Positions 39,232 through 48,845 are shown, counted from the stretch's first letter. The stretch: DNA of 64,000 nt from Candidatus Aenigmatarchaeota archaeon (GCA_043814985.1 JBDRJK010000001.1:1-64000), one strand, 5' to 3'. Numbers and translations: made by a program. The notes: generated by a model from the sequence alone, not told the origin.

Positions 39232-39678
39232 ATGCTCGGTCAAATAAGAATTGAATTCATTGCTGGCATCTTGATATTTTCAATAATAATAACGTTTGTC
39301 GTAAACCAGACCAACATAACTTTCTCAAACCTGCTGACAGATTCAAAGGCTGACATCCTGAAGGCAAAGGCCTTAAATTCAATAACAATCCTTGTTGAGG
39401 ACACGGGACAACCATCAAACTGGAATCCGTCAAATGTTGAAAGAGTCGGACTTGCATACAAGCCGCATAGCCTTTCCCGCAACAAGATAAACATGCTCAA
39501 CACTAACTGTGATATCTTGGACAATTTCGTACTTAGGACCTACAGGCTAACGATATATAATTCCACTGATTTGATGTTGTTTTGCGGCAGCGAGAATTTA
39601 AACCCGGCTGCAGCATTTGAAGTGGAGTATGTTGAGATCGAGGGAGACTACGGCAATGTCTCATTAGAGATGTGGTAA
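39232..39678 (+). CDS. pilin-like protein
   Basis: MLG/QIRIEFIAGILIF; GQPSNWN motif. Confidence 0.75.
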   Translation: MLGQIRIEFIAGILIFSIIITFVVNQTNITFSNLLTDSKADILKAKALNSITILVEDTGQPSNWNPSNVERVGLAYKPHSLSRNKINMLNTNCDILDNFVLRTYRLTIYNSTDLMLFCGSENLNPAAAFEVEYVEIEGDYGNVSLEMW

Positions 39679-39679
39679 A

Positions 39680-40843
39680 ATGAAAGGTTTTGTATATTTG
39701 TTGGAGATAGCAATCGCAGCAATACTTATGGTAGTTGTCCTGAGCACTTTCTTTGCCATCAGAGTGAAACAGAGCTGGGAAAGCTCTGACCTCATAGACG
39801 CCGGAAACAACATTCTTAGCTACATAAAACAAGACGACAATTATTTTGTAGACATACTGGATGGAAACTTTTCAGATATGATTGAAAATATTAAGGTGGC
39901 AAGCATTGGTTATGGTATCAGCATCAAAGGCTCGCCAAAGTCAAACATAATAGTTGGCTGTGCTCAGAATTATCAATGTGCTTATATTCAAAGCCTTTTG
40001 ACAGATGTTTATTTGAACGAACGCCAAATCACTTTTCTTGTTGAGGAATTCAACATCACGGCCGGAGTTCCGAATTACTATGATGCAATTGTTTTTGTTG
40101 ATTATAATGGATACACAACATATAAAACAGAAATCATTGATTTTTTGAACACTGGAGGCATGGTTCTTGGAATAAACCCAGTAATCAACAACAATGATTT
40201 TTATGACATTTTCGGCTTAAGTGAAAGCCTTAATCCCCTTCCCCCTCCAGGCGAGTCTAACCATTTCACAGCATATGACCCTGCAATAGAGGACATAGAA
40301 AAGTATTTCATGGGAATTGGTTTTGACCTAAATAGAAGCTGGTATATCTGGGAGGATGAGTGGACAGTTGATTATGGTACGAATTATATAAACTTATCAA
40401 GAGGCGGTGAGGAGAGGAATTTACGTTACGAAGAGGATACTATTGTCCTGAGAGGACCAGATTCCATTGATTATTCATTCCAAGTAAAGGAAATATGGTC
40501 TGGGATTCAAAAAGCAAATGTCCAAACCTTGAGTACTGGCTTTGTTTTTGAAGATTTTTCAGATGCAATCCCTGTTGAAGGCAATAAAAACGTTGTTGGT
40601 TATTTTTCAAACAGTTATGCAGAAATGGCATCAAATGGAAGCGCAATCTGGATTTCAGACTTTCCGTTTAGCAGCGAATATGTAACATTGTTAAAATCTG
40701 CCATAATTTCAAGGTGTGATGAATGGGTCGCCAAGGGAGTTTACACAGAAAGGGAGACTGTAACAACATCATCCTTCTTTTCTTTGTGCTGTGACATGCC
40801 AGAAACAGCAGAATTGGAAATCACCTTGTGGAATATTGTCTAA
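39680..40843 (+). CDS. large pilin-like protein (possible adhesin)
   Basis: MKG/FVYLLEIAIAAIL; acidic 387-aa ectodomain. Confidence 0.75.
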   Translation: MKGFVYLLEIAIAAILMVVVLSTFFAIRVKQSWESSDLIDAGNNILSYIKQDDNYFVDILDGNFSDMIENIKVASIGYGISIKGSPKSNIIVGCAQNYQCAYIQSLLTDVYLNERQITFLVEEFNITAGVPNYYDAIVFVDYNGYTTYKTEIIDFLNTGGMVLGINPVINNNDFYDIFGLSESLNPLPPPGESNHFTAYDPAIEDIEKYFMGIGFDLNRSWYIWEDEWTVDYGTNYINLSRGGEERNLRYEEDTIVLRGPDSIDYSFQVKEIWSGIQKANVQTLSTGFVFEDFSDAIPVEGNKNVVGYFSNSYAEMASNGSAIWISDFPFSSEYVTLLKSAIISRCDEWVAKGVYTERETVTTSSFFSLCCDMPETAELEITLWNIV

Positions 40844-41139
40844 ACTTCCTCTGTTTTTCCATTAATCTTGACAATTTCCTTCATTGCCTTTGTCAATGTC
40901 CTCTTCTTGTAATGCTCTATGCTCATGTGCCAGTAGAGGTTGCCGTGAGCCACTTTCCTCTTCATTATCTTGCCTTCATTGCAAAGCCAGTCAAGTTTCT
41001 TCCTGATTGTCTCCAAGGTATTGGGTTTTACAGGGATTCCTTCTATTTTCAGCAAATCTGTTGGCATACAGGGAGAATTAGCTAAGACAAGTATCTCCAA
41101 TCTCTCCTCATCAGGATAATCGTAAATTTTCTTGGGCAA
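40840..41139 (-). CDS. small winged-helix-like protein
   Basis: TTG start; TIRKKLDWLCNEGKIMKRKV pattern. Confidence 0.6.
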   Translation of the reverse strand: MPKKIYDYPDEERLEILVLANSPCMPTDLLKIEGIPVKPNTLETIRKKLDWLCNEGKIMKRKVAHGNLYWHMSIEHYKKRTLTKAMKEIVKINGKTEEV

Positions 41140-41301
41140 AAAACCACGTATAAACTCTACTTATTCTTATTATAACTTAATTAGTATAAAAGAATAACTG
41201 CACTTACAAAAGAGATAACTAGACTTATAGAAAATTTAAATTTCCTTTGGCACCTTTTAGGCACGGAAGGTATACTAAACCATCTCATCTTTTCCGAAGA
41301 A

Positions 41302-41598
41302 TTAGTCTAAGGAGATTTTCTTCAACATGCCTTTTTTCTTAATCCATAAAGACTGTGCTCTTGAGTATTTCCAAATAACGTCTGCCCTTTCCTCAGTCTG
41401 TACTACCCATGGTGTCACTAATACCAGATCGCCGGCCTTAGCCCACATTCTTCTTCTTACCCTACCGGGTATCCTGCATATCCTAGTAAAACCATCATCG
41501 CACTTGACTTCCATTCTTCCGCCTCCCAAAAGAGCATTAACAGTTCCCAAAATCTCCCCTTTCTTGGGCATTCTAACTCTTATGATCACTTCTTCCAT
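41302..41598 (-). CDS. eif1a: translation initiation factor aIF-1A
   Basis: LLGGGRMEVKCDDGFTRICRIPGR and GDLVLVTPW motifs. Confidence 0.95.
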   Translation of the reverse strand: MEEVIIRVRMPKKGEILGTVNALLGGGRMEVKCDDGFTRICRIPGRVRRRMWAKAGDLVLVTPWVVQTEERADVIWKYSRAQSLWIKKKGMLKKISLD

Positions 41599-42246
41599 TC
41601 AATCAATCCTTACTAATATCGAACTTCTATAAATATCTTTACCTTTCTTTCTAGTAACCAGCTTGTAATTCTTTTTTACTTCGGCGTCAAATTTCTTTTT
41701 TAACTCGTTTGCTACTCTGTCCGCGAAATTATTGTCTGCCAGATAGATGTCCATCCCGTTCTTTAGTTCCTCCACCCTGAAAGTCTTGTTCTCCCTTATT
41801 ATCTGATCATCTATGAAGTTCATGGCCTCGGCTGTATTGCCTCTCAGCTGAATAACAGCTTCAAAGTATCCGCCACTTCTTCTAGAGCAGTCTATACAAA
41901 CCTTCTTAATTGGCTTGAGAGCTATAACATGCTCCTCTTTTTCTTTAATTTTCTTAGAGCCCTTAAGATAGCCCTTGGCGATAACATGGAGGACATCGTT
42001 CTTATTGATTTTAATGCTGACATTCTTTCCCATAATCTTAATCTTGTCCCTCAGAAGCTCCCCAACCTCAATTTCCTCCCAATTGTTCCTGTGCTTTATG
42101 CGGTCGCACCTCTTGCACACTGTAAAGGTCATTTTCTCAGGAACTTCTATCAGGTTAAACTCCTTGTTGTAGCAGTCCTCGCAGTAGCCCTCTACCAATT
42201 CTTCAGTATTCTTACCACACAAAAAACAAAACTTCATACTAATCAT
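41599..42246 (-). CDS. nmd3: NMD3-family protein (short form)
   Basis: multiple CxxC pairs and CIDCSRRSGGYFEAVIQLRG. Confidence 0.88.
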   Translation of the reverse strand: MISMKFCFLCGKNTEELVEGYCEDCYNKEFNLIEVPEKMTFTVCKRCDRIKHRNNWEEIEVGELLRDKIKIMGKNVSIKINKNDVLHVIAKGYLKGSKKIKEKEEHVIALKPIKKVCIDCSRRSGGYFEAVIQLRGNTAEAMNFIDDQIIRENKTFRVEELKNGMDIYLADNNFADRVANELKKKFDAEVKKNYKLVTRKKGKDIYRSSILVRID

Positions 42247-42733
42247 TCCTTACCTTTTGTAAGAAGCCGTATACCTTTGAATGTTTTGATCCTCTAAGTA
42301 TCATGTTAACAGCGTCTCTAGCTATTTCAAGCTGTTGGTATTTGCCTATCAGGGATACTGTCTTGCCGCACACGGACATGAAGCAGCCACTGTCCTTCTC
42401 AATAATTATCCTTGTCTTGCCTCTGGTGCCTATCAGCCTTGACTTTATCAGCTTCAATTTATTGTCCTTGAAGCCTTCCAGCTCTATTATTTCCAAAACT
42501 TCTTCTTCATCAAACAATCTAAAGGCCTTTTTCGGAACAAAACCCTTTGCTATTGCCTTCACTATGCACTTTGCCTGTAAAAGCTCTATGCCCTCGCCTT
42601 TGATTTCAACCAGATTGTCCTGGAACTCGATTTTCACATTGAGGGTATTTTCTATCTTATGATTGACAGGTCTGTCTTTAATTACCTTTATCCTATCCAG
42701 GGGAACAATCACTGTTTCTAAAATCTCTCTCAC
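42239..42733 (-). CDS. KH-domain rRNA processing protein (Dim2/Pno1-like)
   Basis: AIAKGF, SRLIGTRGKTR and GSKHSKVYGFL motifs. Confidence 0.88.
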   Translation of the reverse strand: MREILETVIVPLDRIKVIKDRPVNHKIENTLNVKIEFQDNLVEIKGEGIELLQAKCIVKAIAKGFVPKKAFRLFDEEEVLEIIELEGFKDNKLKLIKSRLIGTRGKTRIIIEKDSGCFMSVCGKTVSLIGKYQQLEIARDAVNMILRGSKHSKVYGFLQKVRND

Positions 42734-42864
42734 CTATATTCATAAATTGAAAAGACAAACTTATATTAAACACAAGTGTATTTATATAAAAAATAGAACT
42801 TAACTTCTAAAAAATGCAATTAAGTTTAAAAGGAATAAGTGTCAATTCAATTGAGTGGTAAAAA

Positions 42865-44448
42865 ATGGCAGATAATTCGAAAAACGCAACAGAACTGGGA
42901 AAAAGTCTGAAAGAAATATCTGTGGCCGAATTCTTCGAGAAGAACAGGCACTTGTTGGGTTATGACAACCCTACAAAGGCATTGCTGACCATTGTAAAGG
43001 AGACAGTAGACAATTCAATTGATGCTTGCGAAGAAGCAGGCATACTTCCTGACATAAAGGTTACTATAAAGCAGATTGGAGACAGCAGATACCGCTTAAA
43101 GGTCGAAGATAATGGCCCTGGAATAATTGAAGAGAAGCTTTCCCTAGCTTTTGGCAAGTTCCTTTACGGAAGCAAGTTCCACAGATTAAGGCAGGCAAGA
43201 GGTACACAGGGCATTGGAGTTGCAGGAGCCATCTTATATTCTCAATTAACAACAGGAAAACCAGTTAAAATATCATCAAGTATAGGAAATGAGATTACAG
43301 ACCTTGTCTTGATGCTTGATGTTATCAAAAACGAACCTCACATAATATCTTCTACTAAATCAAAAAACCCCAACAAGTGGCATGGCATAAAAATCGAGAT
43401 GGAAATGGAGGCAAGATACATAGAAAAGGGTGTGTCTGTCCCAGAATACCTGAAGCAAACAGCAATAATGAACCCTTATACAAAGATAGTTTACAACGGC
43501 CCCAACGAAAAGATAACATTCTCAAGAGCAGTGCAAAAACTTCCTAAGATGCCAAGGGAAATCAAACCTCATCCGCACGGAGTTGAGCTTGGAATCCTAA
43601 GGAGAATGGCAAAACTATCAAAGGAAAAGGACATAAAGAGGTTTTTGAAAAAGGAATTCTCAAGAATAGGAAGCACATCAGCTGAACAGATATTCAAATT
43701 GGCGAAAATCGATCCTAAGAAGAAGCCAATAAATCTTGCTCACGATGATATTGTAAAATTGCACAATGCAATGAATAAAATAAAACTCATTGCCCCATCA
43801 ACAGACTGCCTGTCTCAGATAGGAGAGGAAATGATAGAAAAAGGTTTGAGAAAGCAGATAGATGCAGAGTATTTTGTTGCAATATCAAGGTCACCGACAG
43901 TCTACAGGGGAAGGCCTTTCGCAGTTGAGGTCGGAATAGCATACGGAGGAAGTCTGAACCCGAAAGACAAGGCGGAGCTTTTGAGATTCGCAAACAAGGT
44001 TCCTCTGATGTATCACAAGGGAGACTGCGCAATAACAAAGGCTGTACAGCAGACTGACTGGAGAAGATACGGCTTGCAGCAGTCAGGAGGTTCCATACCA
44101 AACGGTCCTGTGGCAATTACTGTTCATTTCGCATCTGTCTGGGTTCCCTACACTTCAGAAGGAAAGCAGGCAATAGCAAGCTATCCTGAAATCGTAAAGG
44201 AAATCAAACTGGCGCTTCAAGACGCTGGCAGGAAACTCAAACTTTTCATTTCAAGAAAGAAGAAAAGGCACGAACTTGAAAAAAGGAAGAACCTTTTTGA
44301 GAAATACATACCAGAAGTTGCAATAGCCTTGTCAAAAATAACAGACACGCCAGAAGGGAAAATCAGAAAAGGTCTGGAAGACTTATTAAAGAGAGGTACT
44401 AAAAATGGCGAAAACGGAGAAGCTGAAGCAGGGGAAGAAAAACCTTAA
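42865..44448 (+). CDS. top6B: DNA topoisomerase VI subunit B
   Basis: ISVAEFFEKN, VDNSIDA, DNGPG, GTQGIG, KPHPHG and RFANKVPL motifs. Confidence 0.97.
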   Translation: MADNSKNATELGKSLKEISVAEFFEKNRHLLGYDNPTKALLTIVKETVDNSIDACEEAGILPDIKVTIKQIGDSRYRLKVEDNGPGIIEEKLSLAFGKFLYGSKFHRLRQARGTQGIGVAGAILYSQLTTGKPVKISSSIGNEITDLVLMLDVIKNEPHIISSTKSKNPNKWHGIKIEMEMEARYIEKGVSVPEYLKQTAIMNPYTKIVYNGPNEKITFSRAVQKLPKMPREIKPHPHGVELGILRRMAKLSKEKDIKRFLKKEFSRIGSTSAEQIFKLAKIDPKKKPINLAHDDIVKLHNAMNKIKLIAPSTDCLSQIGEEMIEKGLRKQIDAEYFVAISRSPTVYRGRPFAVEVGIAYGGSLNPKDKAELLRFANKVPLMYHKGDCAITKAVQQTDWRRYGLQQSGGSIPNGPVAITVHFASVWVPYTSEGKQAIASYPEIVKEIKLALQDAGRKLKLFISRKKKRHELEKRKNLFEKYIPEVAIALSKITDTPEGKIRKGLEDLLKRGTKNGENGEAEAGEEKP

Positions 44449-45499
44449 GGAACTAGGTCAGAAAATAGTGAAGGATATTGAGAGTGAGAAGAATCCCTCA
44501 ATGGATGTTCCTGTGAGAAGCCTCTCTAATGTTTATTATGATGAGAAGAACAGGATACTGAAACTTGGGATAAACAAGTCAAAAAGGTATTTCTTCAATG
44601 TTGCTCATGTGAGAAAGTTCACACAGACCGCTGAGGTTGCCGCACTGGCAAAGCAGTTGCTTGATGTTGACAAGCACATAAGTCTGAGAGAGGTTTTCTA
44701 TGCAATGAGGAGAACGCTTCCCGATTCTGACATAGACATAGTCAACGAGCAGGATGAGTCTAACATGGCCGTTGAAGACTTGGAGCTGATAACAAACCTT
44801 CTCAGAGAACAGCTTCACATAAACGCTAACAAACTAGGAGCAGCTGCGGGAAGAATAGTAATTAAGGACAAGGGAGACCTTATCGACTGGTCAAAGCTGG
44901 GAAGTGGTGGATGGGCTATCCCCTCCAATGTCGAGGAGATTGAGTTCAAGAAAGTGGATGCCAAGTTTATAATCTACATGGAAAAGGCTGCTGTGTGGGA
45001 AAGACTGCACGAAGATAGGTTATGGGACAAGATGAACTGTGTGATAATCGCATCCCAGGGTCAGGCAACAAGGGGAATAAGGAGACTGCTCAAAAGAATG
45101 AATCAGGAACTGAAACTTCCTGTTTATATCTTGACAGATTTCGACCCATGGGGGATTTACATATATTCTGTCATCAAGACAGGTTCAATATCATTGGCCC
45201 ACATATCAGAAAGACTGGCAATACCTGACGCGAAATTCCTTGGGTTATCAGGGGATGACATAATAAAGTATGGCCTGAAAAAACACATAATAAAATTCAA
45301 GGATGTTGACATTAAGAGAATAAAGCAAATTTCCAACTACGAGTGGTTCAAGGACAAGAAAGAATGGAAAAGGCAGTTCAAACTGATGATGGACATGAAG
45401 GGGAAGGTGGAACTAGACGCCCTAGTTTCCAAGGGAATAACATTCACTTCTGACGTATACATACCAGAAAAAATTAAAAACAAAGAATTTATTGACTAA
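44405..45499 (+). CDS. top6A: DNA topoisomerase VI subunit A
   Basis: SLREVFY, EQDES, EKAA, DFDPWG and VELDAL motifs. Confidence 0.97.
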   Translation: MAKTEKLKQGKKNLKELGQKIVKDIESEKNPSMDVPVRSLSNVYYDEKNRILKLGINKSKRYFFNVAHVRKFTQTAEVAALAKQLLDVDKHISLREVFYAMRRTLPDSDIDIVNEQDESNMAVEDLELITNLLREQLHINANKLGAAAGRIVIKDKGDLIDWSKLGSGGWAIPSNVEEIEFKKVDAKFIIYMEKAAVWERLHEDRLWDKMNCVIIASQGQATRGIRRLLKRMNQELKLPVYILTDFDPWGIYIYSVIKTGSISLAHISERLAIPDAKFLGLSGDDIIKYGLKKHIIKFKDVDIKRIKQISNYEWFKDKKEWKRQFKLMMDMKGKVELDALVSKGITFTSDVYIPEKIKNKEFID

Positions 45500-45546
45500 T
45501 TTCTATAAAATATTTTTATTTTATTTTTGCGTAAAAAAGACATAAC

Positions 45547-45600
45547 TATAAATATCAAAAAATTATAATTTAAATTACGAAATAAAAAAATTATTTCGTA
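45547..45600 (+). promoter_or_regulatory. TATA box and 10-bp perfect inverted repeat upstream of the basic peptide gene
   Basis: TATAAAT at 45547; TACGAAATAA-AAAAA-TTATTTCGTA at 45576-45600. Confidence 0.55.
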
Positions 45601-45631
45601 TTATTTTATAAAAAAAATTGAGGTGTAAAAA

Positions 45632-45709
45632 ATGGCAGCAAAAAGGAAAGCAGCAAAGAAGAAAGTAACAAAGAAAAAGACAACAAAAAAGAAAAAAACC
45701 AAAAGATAG
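45632..45709 (+). CDS. 25-aa Lys-rich peptide (MAAKRKAAKKKVTKKKTTKKKKTKR)
   Basis: GAGGTG SD, ATG...TAG, sits alone in a ~350-bp intergenic gap. Confidence 0.72.
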   Translation: MAAKRKAAKKKVTKKKTTKKKKTKR

Positions 45710-45853
45710 TAAATAAATTGCCTGAGAAAACGATGATGGCGTTTTTATTTTTTCGAACTTTCTTTCTTTAAATTTTTATTATCAGCTCATTCTAAAACCG
45801 GATTCAAAACAGCACTAAAAGGTTTAAATATTATAATCCTTTATCAATTTGTA

Positions 45854-45927
45854 GGGGCAGTAGCTCAGCCTGGGAGAGCGCACGGCTGAAGACCGTGATG
45901 TCGCGTGTTCAAATCACGCCTGTCCCA
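45854..45927 (+). tRNA. tRNA-Phe(GAA)
   Basis: cloverleaf; CACGG-CT-GAA-GA-CCGTG anticodon arm. Confidence 0.95.
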
Positions 45928-45963
45928 CTTATTTTTTAATCTTTAAAATCCAATTTTTAGTAT

Positions 45964-46515
45964 ATGTTTCTTCGTATAGTGCCGGTCAGCAACATAGCCC
46001 AGGGCATATTGGACAAGGTACGAAACGACCTGGAGAGCAACCTGAACATAAAGTGCAGGATAATGCCGGGACTCCAGCTTCCCGAGGGCTCATTCAACAG
46101 GTGGAGAAAGCAGTACAATGCAGAAGTGATACTCAGTCTGCTGTCTGAAAAGTCAGCAGTCAAGTTCATAGACAAGAACATCCCGACCTTACTGATAACT
46201 GACGTTGACCTCTATTACGGTGGCCTGAACTTCGTTTTCAGCCTGGAATATCCTGCAAAGAGCTCTGCCATTGTCTCTATCACAAGACTGAGACCAGAGT
46301 TCTACGACGAGAGAGCCAACATGAACCTTCTCGGTGATAGGACTGTCAAGGAGGTCATACATGAGATAGGGCACCATCTCAGCTTGGGGCACTGCTGCAA
46401 CACATGGTGTGTCATGTGCTTTTCCCCATCTGTAGGAGACATCGACATAAAGCAAAAGTATTTTTGCGAGAACTGCAAGATTAAACTAATGACAAGAGGA
46501 ATAAACATAGGTTGA
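45964..46515 (+). CDS. amzA: archaemetzincin Zn protease
   Basis: HEIGHHLSLGHCCNTWCVMCFS...FCENC. Confidence 0.9.
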   Translation: MFLRIVPVSNIAQGILDKVRNDLESNLNIKCRIMPGLQLPEGSFNRWRKQYNAEVILSLLSEKSAVKFIDKNIPTLLITDVDLYYGGLNFVFSLEYPAKSSAIVSITRLRPEFYDERANMNLLGDRTVKEVIHEIGHHLSLGHCCNTWCVMCFSPSVGDIDIKQKYFCENCKIKLMTRGINIG

Positions 46516-46519
46516 TTTT

Positions 46520-47104
46520 ATGGTTACCGAAACTGTTTTAGTAAGAATTGTTGAAGAATATGTGTTTAGTAATCCTCCTCCTAGAGACATTCTTTACCTT
46601 AGTCATGTAGATTCTGTCAGAAATTATGCTTTATTGTTGGCGTCAAAAATAAAGTCTGACAAACTGGTAGTAGAATTAACAGCTCTACTTCACGATATTG
46701 GAAAAACAAAGGATTTGAAAAACCACCATATAGAAAGTGCAAAAATAGCAGAACCACTTCTGAGGAAACATGGTTGTGATGAAAAAACAATACAAAAGGT
46801 CGTCAATTGTATTCTAACTCACAGAGCCGAAAGAGATGACAAAGCTGAAACAATAGAGGCTCAGATAATCAAAGACGCCGATGGTATAGCTTTTCTGGAT
46901 ATTGAAACAGGCACATGGATAGCCTTTCTATATTATATGTGGTTAGAAAGAAAGCTTAGTTTTGAAGAGGGTGTGAAAAAAACCATAATTAAAACTGAAA
47001 ATATGTACGAAAAGATAGAAACAGAAGAAGGTAAGTCGATTGCTAGCTCAAATTATAATAAAATAAAAAGTCTACTCTCATTCCCAATTAAGAAAATGTT
47101 TTAA
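46520..47104 (+). CDS. HD-domain phosphohydrolase
   Basis: H...ALLHDIGK...HH...H...DAD pattern. Confidence 0.88.
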   Translation: MVTETVLVRIVEEYVFSNPPPRDILYLSHVDSVRNYALLLASKIKSDKLVVELTALLHDIGKTKDLKNHHIESAKIAEPLLRKHGCDEKTIQKVVNCILTHRAERDDKAETIEAQIIKDADGIAFLDIETGTWIAFLYYMWLERKLSFEEGVKKTIIKTENMYEKIETEEGKSIASSNYNKIKSLLSFPIKKMF

Positions 47105-47128
47105 ATAGTGCAAACCTAAAGTGATTAT

Positions 47129-47677
47129 ATGCCTGACAAAACTCCGAAAGCAGAACTCCAAGAAGACAAGGTAATAGTCTGGAACACGGGAGACGGCAGA
47201 AAGATATTTGACAAGGGATGGTTCGGCGAAATCTTTGATGACAGGCTGGAGCTTTCCGTAATAGAGGCCACTTACCTTCTGGAGAGGAAGAAGATCGAGA
47301 TCAAGGAGGACAAGAAGAAGGTCACGCTGAAAAGCATCTACAAGCACGCCCAGAAAAGGGACAAGAGGTTCCTGATAAAATACAATGCCTACAAGGACTT
47401 GAGAGAGAGGGGACTGCCTGTGAGGACAGGCTTCAAGTTCGGCTGCGACTTTCGAGTATACGAGAGAGGCGTATCACCAATCAAGAGGGGCCCCAAGTCT
47501 GCAAGAGAACATACTAAATGGATTGTTTTCTGCGTCTCAGAGGACTACGACTGCTCGTTCCAGGAGCTGTCAAGGGCAGTCAGGCTCGCGCACAACATAA
47601 GATCCAACATGCTCTGGGCTGTCGTGGACAATGAGGGCGACTGCACTTACTACAGCGTCACTTACATATCTCCGTAG
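47129..47677 (+). CDS. endA: tRNA splicing endonuclease (single-unit alpha type)
   Basis: LSVIEATYL, YKDLRERG, GFKFGCDFRVYERG, EH and AVVDNEGDCTYY motifs. Confidence 0.92.
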   Translation: MPDKTPKAELQEDKVIVWNTGDGRKIFDKGWFGEIFDDRLELSVIEATYLLERKKIEIKEDKKKVTLKSIYKHAQKRDKRFLIKYNAYKDLRERGLPVRTGFKFGCDFRVYERGVSPIKRGPKSAREHTKWIVFCVSEDYDCSFQELSRAVRLAHNIRSNMLWAVVDNEGDCTYYSVTYISP

Positions 47678-47682
47678 GTTTT

Positions 47683-48825
47683 ATGATGATTGTCAAAGAT
47701 ATAATGTCAAAAAACGTGATTTGCCTGTCTCCTGAGGACACTGTATCAGAACTGATTTCCCTGGTGGAAAAAAATCATATAAGGGAAATCCCGATAGTGG
47801 AAAACAAGAAGCTGAAGGGCATTGTCTATTCCAAGGACATTGCAAGGAAGAATGTCACCAATCCCCAAAAGACAAAGATAGCCAAGGTTGTCAAGTCGCA
47901 TCCTGCAACTGTCTCTCCCGACCAAGACATAAACGAGGCAGCTGAGCTGATATTGAAGAACGGGCTGATAGGCCTGCCTGTTGTGGAAAAGGGCAAGGTG
48001 GTCGGCATAATCTCCATGCACGACATAATAAACTTCTCCTCAAAGACAAAGCAGTTCAGGCAGACCAAAGCAGAGCAGATAATGTCCATGCCAGAGACCA
48101 TAACCAATGATGTTGACATCGGGAAGGCCAGATTGCTGATGAGGGAGAAGAACATATCAAGGCTCCCTGTTGTTGACAGCAAAAACAAGCTGTCAGGAGT
48201 TGTGACCATATTCGATCTGCTGAAGGCAGTAAAGCCAAGGGATAGAATGGGTTTCTACTCAAAAGCAGCTGAAAAGGAGACAATGATGGGCATACCAGTG
48301 TCAACAATAATGGACAGGAATCCGGTAACTGCTGAAAGAAGCAATTCTTTGAACGAGATTGTAAGCCTGATAGACAAGAACAGGACAGACGGCATCATTG
48401 TTCTGGAGGGGGGACAACCAATCGGTGTTGTCACTGAAAAGGACCTGCTGGAAGTCTATGTTTCCAGTTTCAAGCAGAAGGGCATATTCTACCAGATAAG
48501 CGGTCTTAAGGACGAGGATGATTTCATACTAGCAACAGTTAACAGGATGATAAGGGACAGCCTGCAAAAACTAACAAAGATGACCAAATCCGAATTCTTC
48601 TTCCTGCATGTCAAAAGGTACGATAAGAAGGGAAAGGTAAAGTACTCGATAAGGACCAGGCTGATGACTGAGAGGGGAATTTTCGTGAGCAAGTCGTACG
48701 CGTGGGACCTTAGGGAAGCTGTTGACATGTCTCTGGACAGGCTGGAAAAAATAATAATAAGAGGCAAGGAACACAAAAAGGACAAAATAGAAGATATGTT
48801 AAGGTTTAAGAAGTTGCTAAGATAA
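47683..48825 (+). CDS. four-CBS-domain protein with C-terminal HPF/RaiA-like domain
   Basis: four CBS repeats; C-terminal YSIRTRL...AWDLREAVDMSLDRLEKII. Confidence 0.8.
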   Translation: MMIVKDIMSKNVICLSPEDTVSELISLVEKNHIREIPIVENKKLKGIVYSKDIARKNVTNPQKTKIAKVVKSHPATVSPDQDINEAAELILKNGLIGLPVVEKGKVVGIISMHDIINFSSKTKQFRQTKAEQIMSMPETITNDVDIGKARLLMREKNISRLPVVDSKNKLSGVVTIFDLLKAVKPRDRMGFYSKAAEKETMMGIPVSTIMDRNPVTAERSNSLNEIVSLIDKNRTDGIIVLEGGQPIGVVTEKDLLEVYVSSFKQKGIFYQISGLKDEDDFILATVNRMIRDSLQKLTKMTKSEFFFLHVKRYDKKGKVKYSIRTRLMTERGIFVSKSYAWDLREAVDMSLDRLEKIIIRGKEHKKDKIEDMLRFKKLLR

Positions 48826-48845
48826 GATATATTCAAGGTGTTTTT

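Noticed and set aside
41160..41300. Minus-strand MRW... ORF and weak hairpin after eif1a, considered as rpl41e or an sRNA
   Set aside because: The translation (MRWFSIPSVPKRCQRKF...) does not match the Arg/Lys-rich eL41 pattern, and the hairpin relies on several G-U pairs
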